NCBI GenBank assembly: GCA_017512365.1
Contig: JAFWGQ010000001.1
Location: forward strand, 30,863-94,862
DNA from: Mogibacterium sp.
GTDB taxonomy: Bacteria > Bacillota > Clostridia > Peptostreptococcales > Anaerovoracaceae
Length of the DNA: 64,000 nucleotides
Reading direction: 5' to 3'
The translations under genes were made by a program, and so were the position numbers. Under the pieces are notes generated by a model. It was not told where the DNA came from. It worked only from the letters and a program-made list of their open reading frames with translations, and did no database searches. Shown one piece after another: positions 56,002 through 64,000 of this stretch. Positions within the stretch are counted from its first letter, which is position 1, and each line of letters begins with the position of its first letter.

Positions 56002-56874
56002 ATGAAGGTCGTGATCATCACCGGAATGTCCGGAGCGGGCAGGAGCAGAGCAGCCGACTGGTTCGAGGACCAGGGTTATTACTGTGTGGACAACATGCCG
56101 CCGGCTCTCATCGGCAGCTTCCTCGAGATGGCTTCGGCGGACACGAACCGCATCGAAAAGGTCTGCTTCGTTACGGACCGCAGGAGCGGCCGCTTTTTCG
56201 ATGAGCTCTCCAGGACGATAGACGAGCTCAGGGCCAGGGAGGATATCGAGCTCAGTGTGATTTTCATGGAGGCGTCTCCGTCCGAGATCGTCAGGAGATA
56301 TAACGAAGTCAGGAGGAGCCATCCTCTCACGGGAGGAGAGGCGAGCTCCGATGTCATAGAAAAGGAGGGCCGTGAGCTCGAGCCAATAAGGAAAAAGGCG
56401 GATTTCATCCTCGACACGACCAATCTCAAGGTCGCGGAAATGTATTCCGAGCTCGATCACATGGTATTCGGCGGGAGCGGCTCCTCGAATTTCTCTGTCA
56501 ACATAAGCTCGTTCGGCTTCAAGTACGGCATACCGAGCGAGGCGGACGTCATGTTCGACGTGAGGTTCCTGCCTAATCCGTTCTACGTGCCGAGCCTCAA
56601 GAAACTCACAGGCAACAACCGGAAGGTAAGAGACTACATTTTCAGAAGCGAGCTGGCCGGCAGGTTCGTGGATTCCGTCCACGGGCTGATCGCCTCTATG
56701 ATCGAAGGATACATGAACGAGGGCAAGTACCATCTCAACATCGCCTTCGGATGCACCGGAGGGCATCACCGGTCGGTGGCGATAGCCAATGCGGTTGCAG
56801 AGGAGTTCAAAAAGGACGGGATGAGGGTCAGAGTCAATCACAGAGACATGGATCTGCAGAACAAGAGGAAGTGA
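56002..56874 (+). CDS. rapZ: RNase adapter / nucleotide-binding protein RapZ (YvcJ)
   Basis: MKVVIITGMSGAGRS P-loop, FLEASD-like MEASPSEIVRRYNEVRRSHPL, and C-terminal GCTGGHHRSV. Confidence 0.9.
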   Translation: MKVVIITGMSGAGRSRAADWFEDQGYYCVDNMPPALIGSFLEMASADTNRIEKVCFVTDRRSGRFFDELSRTIDELRAREDIELSVIFMEASPSEIVRRYNEVRRSHPLTGGEASSDVIEKEGRELEPIRKKADFILDTTNLKVAEMYSELDHMVFGGSGSSNFSVNISSFGFKYGIPSEADVMFDVRFLPNPFYVPSLKKLTGNNRKVRDYIFRSELAGRFVDSVHGLIASMIEGYMNEGKYHLNIAFGCTGGHHRSVAIANAVAEEFKKDGMRVRVNHRDMDLQNKRK

Positions 56875-56877
56875 CAG

Positions 56878-57891
56878 ATGTCTTTCTCATCGGAAGTAAA
56901 GAGTGAACTGGCGAGGACAGAGCCTGCCAGGAAGTGCTGCATGCTGGCGGAGATCGCGGGATTCCTGAGGGCATCGGGATCGGTCCGGATCACCGGCGGC
57001 AGTTTTGCTATTGTGGCGTCCACGGAAAGCGCCGCGACAGCCAGACACTTCAAGGTGCTGATCGAGACATACTTCAGGAACAGGATAGATATCGGCATAG
57101 GAGCCTCGCTCAGACCGGGCAGTCAGGGCAGGAAGGGCAGGAACACATATTACCTCAGCATCAGCCCCGACCAGAAATCGATGCAGATCCTGCGCGAGAC
57201 AGGCATGATACTCATACGGGAGGGAGACGATTACTTCAGCGACGGGATATACCAGCCCATAGTCAAATCGAAATGCTGCAAAAAATCCTACCTCAGAGGC
57301 ATGTTCCTGAGCTGCGGCACCATGTCCGACCCGAAGAAGAGCTATCATCTGGAATTCGTGCTCGACAAGGAGCAGACCGCCCTCGATCTGAAAAAGCTGA
57401 TAGGCTCGTTCGTCGATCTTTCCGCCAATATCACAAAACGCGGAGAGAACTGGATAGTATACATGAAGAAGGCCCAGTACATCAGCGACATGCTGGGGAT
57501 AATCGGAGCGGACAACGCCATGCTCGAGCTGGAGAGCATAAGGGTCAGCAAGGAGATGCACGGCGACATAAAGCGAAAGATAAACTGCGACTACGCGAAC
57601 GTGGACCGGACGCTGTCGGCAGCCGAGGAACAGAGGGAGTGGCTGAGAGCCATAGCCTCTGCTGAGACGGGGAGGGAAGCAGAAGCGGAAGAGATATCCG
57701 ATCCGGCCTCGTCTTTCTGGACACAGGGCCTGAGGACGCTGCCTGCTCCTCTGAAGGAAGTGGCGTATCTGAGGCTGTACAAGCCGGAGGCGAGCCTCAC
57801 CGAGATCGGTGAGGCGCTGACGCCGCCGCTCGGCAAGGCGGCCGTCAGCAAGCGCTTCGCAAAGCTCCGCGCCCTCGCCGAAGGAGAGTGA
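56878..57891 (+). CDS. whiA: DNA-binding cell-division/sporulation regulator WhiA
   Basis: The N-terminus MSFSSEVKSEL...CCMLAEIAGFLR, LAGLIDADG-like repeats and a C-terminal HTH (KAAVSKRFAKL). Confidence 0.9.
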   Translation: MSFSSEVKSELARTEPARKCCMLAEIAGFLRASGSVRITGGSFAIVASTESAATARHFKVLIETYFRNRIDIGIGASLRPGSQGRKGRNTYYLSISPDQKSMQILRETGMILIREGDDYFSDGIYQPIVKSKCCKKSYLRGMFLSCGTMSDPKKSYHLEFVLDKEQTALDLKKLIGSFVDLSANITKRGENWIVYMKKAQYISDMLGIIGADNAMLELESIRVSKEMHGDIKRKINCDYANVDRTLSAAEEQREWLRAIASAETGREAEAEEISDPASSFWTQGLRTLPAPLKEVAYLRLYKPEASLTEIGEALTPPLGKAAVSKRFAKLRALAEGE

Positions 57892-57919
57892 GCCGCAGGC
57901 CGGCAAAAAGGAGAAGAAC

Positions 57920-59428
57920 ATGGAAAAAGGGCAGATCATCGAACTGAAGATTGAAGACATGCTCGACGACGGCAGAGCTTTCGGCAGATGCGAAGGCTGT
58001 GCCGTTTTTGTGAACGGAAGCAACGCCCCGGCCAGGGGGACAGGCCCCCTGGCCGGATGCCGCAGCGCTGTGCCCGGCGACACCGTAAAAACGAAGGTCA
58101 CAAAAACCAGAAAGTCGTCCGCGGAGGCTGTCCTTACTGAAGTGGCGGAGCCTTCTCCTGACCGCGTCGAGGCTGAGTGCCCGTACTTCGGAAGCTGCGG
58201 AGGCTGCACTCTTCAGGAGCTCTCGTATGATGCTCAGCTCAGGCTCAAGGAGAAACAGCTCAGGACAAAGCTGGCAAGACTGGGCGGCATAGATGATCCG
58301 AAGGTATGCGATATCATCGGAGCGGAGGATACAAAGTATTACCGCAGCAAGGCGGTGTTCGCAGTCGGACCTCACGGTGAGGTCGGCTTCATGAAGGGCA
58401 GGTCTCACATCGTCATGGACGTCGAAGACTGCATGCTCCAGTCCGATGCGGCCATGGTGTGCACGGACGCCCTGAGACATTTTCTGAAGTCCGAACCGGG
58501 CCTTGCCGGCAAAGTGATAAAGCAGATGACCGTCAGGACGGCATTCGGCACCGGCGAGGTTATGGCAGTGATCGAGTCTGAGAAGAAAGAATTCCCGCGC
58601 ATGGAGGAGCTTATAGGCATGCTTGACGACGCGGTATACAGCCTGGCCCCTGACGGCAGCGGTGAAGCGGATGAAGAGGCCGAACCGTACTTCAGCCTTG
58701 AGTCCGTGGCGCTGATCCACAAAGGCAAATGCCATGTGCTGGCCGGCAAGCCGACCATAACAGAGGAGCTGACAGGAAGCAGCGGAATGAGCGTGCGCTT
58801 CGAGATAAGTCCGCAGTCCTTCTTCCAGGTGAACCCTGAGCAGATGATCAGGCTCTACGAAAAGGCGGCGGAATACGCAGCCCTCAAAGGCGGTGAGACC
58901 GTGCTCGACCTCTACTGCGGCGCGGGAACCATAGGCATATGGCTGCTGAACGAGCTCAGGAGCCGTGATGAAGAGGCATTCGGAAATACGAAGGTGATCG
59001 GCATAGAATCTGTAAAGCCGGCGGTCATAGACGCAAACCGCAATTCCGTCATCAACGGCCTGGTCAACACCAGGTACTTCTGCGGCAAAGCAGAGGAGGA
59101 ACTCCCGGGAATGATGGGCCTTGGGAAGCTGTATAAATGGAACGAGGTGAACGAGCGGATCGAACGCGAGCCTGAGATAAAGATAGAAAAGGCGGATGTG
59201 GCAGTTCTTGATCCGCCGCGCGCAGGCTGCGATGAAGCTCTTCTGAAAGCTGTCATGAAGGCTGAACCGGACAGGATAGTTTACGTTTCATGTGATCCGG
59301 GCACACTCGCCCGCGACATAAAACTCCTTTGCGCAAACGGCTACGAGTTCATCGAAGCCACACCGGTGGACCAGTTCCCGCTGACATCGCACATTGAGGC
59401 AGTAGCAAGAATACAAAGAAAAAAGTAG
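57920..59428 (+). CDS. rlmD: 23S rRNA (uracil-C5)-methyltransferase, RlmD/RumA family
   Basis: TRAM-like N-terminus, Fe-S Cys motif CPYFGSCGGCTLQ, SAM motif LDLYCGAGTIG, and catalytic DPPRAGC and VSCDP. Confidence 0.85.
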   Translation: MEKGQIIELKIEDMLDDGRAFGRCEGCAVFVNGSNAPARGTGPLAGCRSAVPGDTVKTKVTKTRKSSAEAVLTEVAEPSPDRVEAECPYFGSCGGCTLQELSYDAQLRLKEKQLRTKLARLGGIDDPKVCDIIGAEDTKYYRSKAVFAVGPHGEVGFMKGRSHIVMDVEDCMLQSDAAMVCTDALRHFLKSEPGLAGKVIKQMTVRTAFGTGEVMAVIESEKKEFPRMEELIGMLDDAVYSLAPDGSGEADEEAEPYFSLESVALIHKGKCHVLAGKPTITEELTGSSGMSVRFEISPQSFFQVNPEQMIRLYEKAAEYAALKGGETVLDLYCGAGTIGIWLLNELRSRDEEAFGNTKVIGIESVKPAVIDANRNSVINGLVNTRYFCGKAEEELPGMMGLGKLYKWNEVNERIEREPEIKIEKADVAVLDPPRAGCDEALLKAVMKAEPDRIVYVSCDPGTLARDIKLLCANGYEFIEATPVDQFPLTSHIEAVARIQRKK

Positions 59429-59879
59429 CTGAAACCCTTGAAAATACTGGCTTTCAGCGATTGATGGAAATCGCCGGAATTAGCAAAAAACAGCAAAAAA
59501 ATGCCGTTTTCACAGCCCTGAAATAAGCATGTAGATCACGGGAACTAGTCTACTGATGTAGTTCCGGAATATGGGGTAATAACGTAAAACCCTTGAAAAT
59601 GCTGGGCTACAGAGAATTTAGGGGCTCCGGAAATGAGGTGTAGTTGATACAGTAGCTGGAATACAATTTTTAAGCTAAAATCTTATGCATTTTCGATGAA
59701 TATTTATGAATAAGGTCTTCAAAAGCCTGCAAACAGAGGGCTTCAAGCACGGTGCGATCTGCCGTGCTTTTACTTTGCCTGTACAAAGCGGCAGCAAAGA
59801 CTCAGTTAACTGACATCATTGAGATAGCTTTCAGACTGAAATAGACTCAACAAACACAATAGTGTGAGAGGAGGAGCGT

Positions 59880-60239
59880 ATGGCTGGGATCTGGGAAACA
59901 GATGTGTACAGATATTATACAGAACCATCATATGCCAGACCGAGGAAGATCGTTGATAATCTCAAACTGGACTGGCTGGATCTGAAAGAAAGATATTATT
60001 CTCCCGAAGTTGAATTCTTCACCAAAGAAGAGATCCTGGAAAGGAGCGGTTGGAGCGAAGATGAAGTGAGGATCCTTTTTTACGACAGGAGATTCCCGTC
60101 GTGTAATTATGGAAGAAAAGAAGTAGTTGAGATACACGCACTCATAGGCTTTTTCGAGAAAAAGGAGAGAACACTGAGGCGGCAGGAACTTGAGTGGGAA
60201 ACGCGATATGACATATTCACACATTTGCGAAATGAGTAG
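59880..60239 (+). CDS. Putative excisionase/MerR-like HTH DNA-binding protein
   Basis: RBS GAGAGGAGGAG. The segment TKEEILERSGWSEDEVRILFYDRRFPSCNYGRKEVVEIHALIGFF resembles HTH_17/Xis-type domains. Confidence 0.45.
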   Translation: MAGIWETDVYRYYTEPSYARPRKIVDNLKLDWLDLKERYYSPEVEFFTKEEILERSGWSEDEVRILFYDRRFPSCNYGRKEVVEIHALIGFFEKKERTLRRQELEWETRYDIFTHLRNE

Positions 60240-60278
60240 AAGCGCATTTAAATAGACATATAGAAAGGAGGTGTCCTC

Positions 60279-60419
60279 ATGTCAAAGACGAAATACAAAT
60301 TCACATATGATGAGGTGAGGATCATAGTCCTTGCCCTTATAGAACTTAAGAACCAGCTGATAGAAGAAGGGAGGTGCACGGATGCGGTAGATGATCTTCT
60401 GATAAAGACAATTGAATAA
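60279..60419 (+). CDS. Small hypothetical protein, 46 aa (MSKTKYKFTYDEVRIIVLALIELKNQLIEEGRCTDAVDDLLIKTIE)
   Basis: ATG lies 8 nt after GAAAGGAGGTG. It is not in the ORF track because it is under 60 aa. Confidence 0.5.
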   Translation: MSKTKYKFTYDEVRIIVLALIELKNQLIEEGRCTDAVDDLLIKTIE

Positions 60420-60529
60420 CATGACATTTTCTGCTGAAAAAAAGAACGTTGTTTAACAATCAGTGGCAGTGATGTTTTGTCGGTTACATTAAAAACATTA
60501 TCGGGAGATCAAGAAAAATTGAGTACATG

Positions 60530-60560
60530 GCTCTGCACAATACTGTGCGGAGCTTTTTTA
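60530..60560 (+). terminator. Rho-independent terminator
   Basis: GCTCTGCAC-aatact-GTGCGGAGC followed by TTTTTT. Confidence 0.7.
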
Positions 60561-60593
60561 TGCAACCGGGCATGTCCGGAGAAAGGATGAATT

Positions 60594-61082
60594 ATGAAAA
60601 ACATCATGAAATTCAGAAACGTTATCACTACAGATGAGGAGAAACAGATCGAGGAACAACTCAGGGAGGCATTTGACAGGTTCAGCCAGGACACATCGGA
60701 AGATCATACCGAAGAGGAAGAACAAGGAATGCAGAAACTTACTCCGGTTGAAGAAATGTCAAATCTCATAATGAGCCAGCTTGCAGTTTCAGCATATGAG
60801 AGCTTCGAAGAGATGACTGATGGAATGGATGTAGATATTCTCGAGGAAATCATCCTCAGGATGAAATATGGAGACAACAGCGAAGCTGTAGGGATGCTTC
60901 AGTCGATGTTCCTCGTTACAGGAAATGTCAGAGCTGCGGAGGAACTGGACCTCATCGGTATATGTGCAGACTTCGAGGACAGTGCATATGATGTCTTCAT
61001 TGATGAGCTGTTCGATACGGAAATGTTCAGATGGTTCGCTGATGAATACGAGCTGCCTTATTTATCTGTACAGCTTGCTTAG
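60594..61082 (+). CDS. Hypothetical acidic protein
   Basis: RBS GGAGAAAGGA, 162 aa and Asp/Glu-rich. No family recognised. Confidence 0.5.
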   Translation: MKNIMKFRNVITTDEEKQIEEQLREAFDRFSQDTSEDHTEEEEQGMQKLTPVEEMSNLIMSQLAVSAYESFEEMTDGMDVDILEEIILRMKYGDNSEAVGMLQSMFLVTGNVRAAEELDLIGICADFEDSAYDVFIDELFDTEMFRWFADEYELPYLSVQLA

Positions 61083-61093
61083 GAGGTGATTGG

Positions 61094-61912
61094 ATGGCGA
61101 AGACAATAGCAATATGTAATCAGAAGGGAGGTGTCGGGAAGACGACGACTACTCTGAATCTCGGCATTGGATTGGCCAGGGAGGGAAAGAAGGTTTTGCT
61201 TGTAGACGGAGATCCGCAGAATGATCTTACGAGTGCTCTTGGATGGGAAGCAGACTCACTGGATAAGTCACTTGGAAGGCTTATGTATCTGGTGACCCAG
61301 AACTGTAAACCTGAAGTCGGAGGCACCATCCTTCACCATCCGGAAGGGATCGATCTGATCCCTTCAAATCTGGATCTTTCCTCTATGGAGACGATGCTTG
61401 TAAATGCAATGAGCAGGGAGAAGATCCTGTCGAACCTGCTGAAGGATGTGAAAAAGGATTACGACTATATCCTTATAGACTGCATGCCGTCTCTGGGCAT
61501 GATCACTATCAACGCTCTTACGGCAGCAGACAGCGTCATCATTCCGGTCCAGGCCCAGTACCTGCCGGCGAAAGGAATGACGCAGCTTATGCGCAGCATA
61601 GACATGGTCAGGAACCATACTAATGACCAGCTGCAGATAGGAGGAATAGTCATGACGCTGGTCGACAGCAGGACCAACCTGGCAAAGGAGGTCACTGACA
61701 AGATCAGAACACAATACGGGATGCAGATCAGGATCTTCGATACCCAGATACCGGTCGCAGTAAAAGCGGCTGAAGCATCCAAGGCGGGTATGAGTATATT
61801 TGCCTATGACAAGGACTCCAAACCTGCCAGGGCATATGAACAGCTGACAAGGGAGGTGATGAAGCATGCCGAACGCGAAAAACGCAGAGATGAAGCTTCC
61901 ATCGTTAGATGA
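61094..61912 (+). CDS. parA: ParA/Soj-family partition ATPase
   Basis: Deviant Walker A CNQKGGVGKTTT, plus LLVDGDPQ and ILIDCMPSLG. Confidence 0.9.
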   Translation: MAKTIAICNQKGGVGKTTTTLNLGIGLAREGKKVLLVDGDPQNDLTSALGWEADSLDKSLGRLMYLVTQNCKPEVGGTILHHPEGIDLIPSNLDLSSMETMLVNAMSREKILSNLLKDVKKDYDYILIDCMPSLGMITINALTAADSVIIPVQAQYLPAKGMTQLMRSIDMVRNHTNDQLQIGGIVMTLVDSRTNLAKEVTDKIRTQYGMQIRIFDTQIPVAVKAAEASKAGMSIFAYDKDSKPARAYEQLTREVMKHAEREKRRDEASIVR

Positions 61913-62804
61913 ACTGTTCTCCTCACAGGAGGAGAGGGATGACGCGAAACTGAAGAGGATATATGAGATACCTCTTGAGGAGATCGACCCGTTCCCGGAT
62001 CATCCGTTCAAGGTCAGAGATGACGAGGATATGATGAACCTCGTGGAATCGGTCAGAGCGAACGGAGTGCTCACACCTGCCACAGTCAGAAAGAAAGAGG
62101 ACGGCAGATACGAACTGCTCTCAGGACACAGGAGATTCAGAGCATGCCAGCTTGCCGGCATCGGAGCGCTCAGATGCGAAGTGGTGGACATGGACAGAGA
62201 TGAGGCTACTATCTTCATGGTAGAGTCGAACTTCCAGAGAACGACCATCCTGCCATCAGAGAAAGCGTTCGCTTACAAGATGAGACTGGATGCGATGAAA
62301 AGACAAGGGCAACGTACGGATCTAACTTCTCGCCCAGTGGGCGAGAAGTTGAGTGTAGAAAAAGTAAGCGCTGAAACGATGGATAGTGCTCGCCAAGTTC
62401 ACAGATATATCCGTCTCACTGAACTCCTGCCTGAGATCCTGGATATGGTAGATGAGGGACAGGTCGCGATGAGGCCGGCAGTTGAGCTGTCATATATTCC
62501 AAAGCTCCAGCAGGGCCTCATATGGGAGAGCATGGATATCGAGGGATGCACTCCATCTTATGCTCAGGCGATCCGCATGAGGAGGCTTTCAGAAAGCAAT
62601 AAGCTCACCTCGGAAGCCATCGATGCGATTATGATGGAGGAGAAGCCGAACCAGAAGGAGAGGATCGTTCTCAGGGGCGAGCGTTTCAGCAGACTGTTTC
62701 CTCCGGACCTGCCATTATCGAAGAGGGAGGACTATGTGGCGGCGGCTATGGAGCACTATGCGAAATTCCGTGAGCGCCAGAAAACGAGGAACGATGCAAG
62801 ATGA
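61866..62804 (+). CDS. parB: ParB/Spo0J-family nuclease-like partition protein
   Basis: ParB N-terminal domain motifs (IPLEEIDPFPDHPFKV, ELLSGHRRFRACQLAG). The start is either 61866 or 61890. Confidence 0.85.
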   Translation: MPNAKNAEMKLPSLDELFSSQEERDDAKLKRIYEIPLEEIDPFPDHPFKVRDDEDMMNLVESVRANGVLTPATVRKKEDGRYELLSGHRRFRACQLAGIGALRCEVVDMDRDEATIFMVESNFQRTTILPSEKAFAYKMRLDAMKRQGQRTDLTSRPVGEKLSVEKVSAETMDSARQVHRYIRLTELLPEILDMVDEGQVAMRPAVELSYIPKLQQGLIWESMDIEGCTPSYAQAIRMRRLSESNKLTSEAIDAIMMEEKPNQKERIVLRGERFSRLFPPDLPLSKREDYVAAAMEHYAKFRERQKTRNDAR

Positions 62805-63014
62805 ATGCGGCTATGTGCAGTGAGCGCTCAGCCGCAGCTCTCCTCCCCTGTAACCCCTCCTCTCAGACTAACGGTTACTACCCGAAGAATAAGAGAATGA
62901 GCAGTATAGCATAATATATTAATAACAATCGCAATATCCTTACAAGGCATGAACGCTCAGATCCAAGTGACCTGGGCGTTTTTCTTTTGCCCGGAATTGC
63001 GGGAAAGGAGTCAT

Positions 63015-63188
63015 ATGACAAACGACAAAGACAAGAACAGCAACCCCGACGTGATCATGTGCACGGATGATGCAGGCATGCAGCTGTATCTCAGCGAGAA
63101 GGCAGCGAACAGACTCTCGTGGATCCTCACAGGAGTCCTGATCCTGATCAGCATGCCGGTGTTCATCCTCGCATTCATGTCGATGTGA
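63015..63188 (+). CDS. Small membrane protein, 57 aa
   Basis: ATG lies after GGGAAAGGAG. A single C-terminal TM helix (WILTGVLILISMPVFILAF). Confidence 0.45.
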   Translation: MTNDKDKNSNPDVIMCTDDAGMQLYLSEKAANRLSWILTGVLILISMPVFILAFMSM

Positions 63189-63210
63189 AAACGAGAAAGG
63201 AGAAAACGTA

Positions 63211-64000
63211 ATGACAGACAAGAAACACAATGGCGCATTATGGCGCCTGTTGAACATGACGCTTGCTCTGATCGTGTCGATGGGGATGATCCTCCCTGCG
63301 GTGACGGAGGAATCCCATGCGGCATTCAGCGGAAAAGTGGGCAGCAGCTACACCGTCGACTGGTACAGGGTGATGGATTACGGACCAGGAGAAGGAGGCT
63401 ACAGCAACGCAGCAGTGTGCGACCTTGATGATGACCTGGGGAGCCGCTACTCGATCTGCGTACAGCCGGATAAGACAGCTCCGGTATGGTCAGGCGAGCA
63501 CACCAAGACGGTAACTGTGGACAAGGTGGTCACCGATGCCACAGATACAGGTAAATGGAACGCGATGAGAAACATCGTGTACTACTCACCGACATATCCG
63601 GGATTCAAGAAAAATATCGAAGGCATAAAGAAGTTCTATTACGGTGATGAGGATAAGGACTTCGGCGTAGCACATCTTGCTCTTGCATGGGTGTATGCAG
63701 GAAGGCCTGATGATCTTCCGACCTGGGATGGAACGTACGCCTCTGAATGCGGAGAAGTCTGGACAAGAGCAAAGGCACTGGCCAATGCCCTCTACGACAC
63801 TAATGCGGATTTTGATGAAGCAGTCCCTGACAGTTTCAAGATCTTCATCTGCTATATGGACGGAGTACAGGACATGGTAGTCGGATACCTGGAAGCACCG
63901 GGACACCTCAATATGAAGAAGGTCTCAAACCTTGCAGCCATTACTGACGGAAACAGCTGCTACTCAATTGCAGGAGCGAAGTACACGGTCTATGACAAGA
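63211..64000 (+). CDS. Secreted surface/adhesin-like protein (3' end beyond window)
   Basis: ATG lies after AGAAAGGAG. Signal peptide LWRLLNMTLALIVSMGMILPAVTEESHA, open frame to the window end. It is absent from the ORF track because it has no stop codon. The N-terminal Cys-containing domain (YSICVQPDK) resembles thioester-domain adhesins, and the final residues resemble the start of an Ig-like SpaA/CnaB repeat. Confidence 0.6.
   Translation, partial: MTDKKHNGALWRLLNMTLALIVSMGMILPAVTEESHAAFSGKVGSSYTVDWYRVMDYGPGEGGYSNAAVCDLDDDLGSRYSICVQPDKTAPVWSGEHTKTVTVDKVVTDATDTGKWNAMRNIVYYSPTYPGFKKNIEGIKKFYYGDEDKDFGVAHLALAWVYAGRPDDLPTWDGTYASECGEVWTRAKALANALYDTNADFDEAVPDSFKIFICYMDGVQDMVVGYLEAPGHLNMKKVSNLAAITDGNSCYSIAGAKYTVYDK

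Larger units (their letters stand above)
59429..64000. mobile_element. Edge of an integrated conjugative or plasmid-like element inserted downstream of rlmD (continues beyond the window)
   Basis: A 450-nt non-coding junction carries short direct repeats. It is followed by HTH, small conserved-looking ORFs, ParA, ParB, a small membrane protein and a secreted adhesin-like protein. The 3' end of rumA/rlmD is a known integration hotspot in Firmicutes. Confidence 0.6.

Overview
This 64 kb window looks like the chromosome of a moderately GC-rich Gram-positive anaerobe, probably a clostridial lineage. That is inferred from class B sortase, RapZ/WhiA, MurT/GatD, HydF and a double-cubane reductase with its activase. 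All calls rest on motif recognition by eye, because no database search was possible.

Gene order:
- A 7-gene V-type ATPase operon (E-DUF2764-A-B-D-I-K).
- An orphan convergent gene.
- A phospho-sugar mutase, sortase B and a PRTase.
- A livJHMGF-type branched-chain amino-acid ABC operon, preceded by a consensus promoter and an unannotated Ile/Val/Leu-rich 31-codon leader ORF.
- A lipoprotein, an XpaC-like gene and a TelA-like gene.
- A membrane-anchored nuclease.
- An EAL-sensor-GGDEF protein.
- A raffinose/sucrose utilisation locus.
- hydF, an acyl-CoA ligase, and a DCCP/DUF3343/activase cluster.
- A minus-strand CHAP-murT-gatD-ATP-grasp cell-wall operon.
- An AI-2E transporter, murB, a PHP gene, rapZ, whiA and rlmD.
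- From 59429 onward, the edge of an integrated conjugative or plasmid-like element with an HTH protein, ParA/ParB and a surface adhesin.

The most unusual region is a terminator-bounded module at about 24.6-30.7 kb. It holds a stand-alone reverse transcriptase with all seven RT motifs (FADD active site). Directly after it come two tandem 152-nt, highly structured repeats that differ at 9 positions. Each has GNRA-capped hairpins and a 13-bp closing stem. Two ABC exporters follow, and their C39-like N-terminal domains lack a catalytic cysteine. I propose this as a candidate RT/ncRNA-based system of unknown function.
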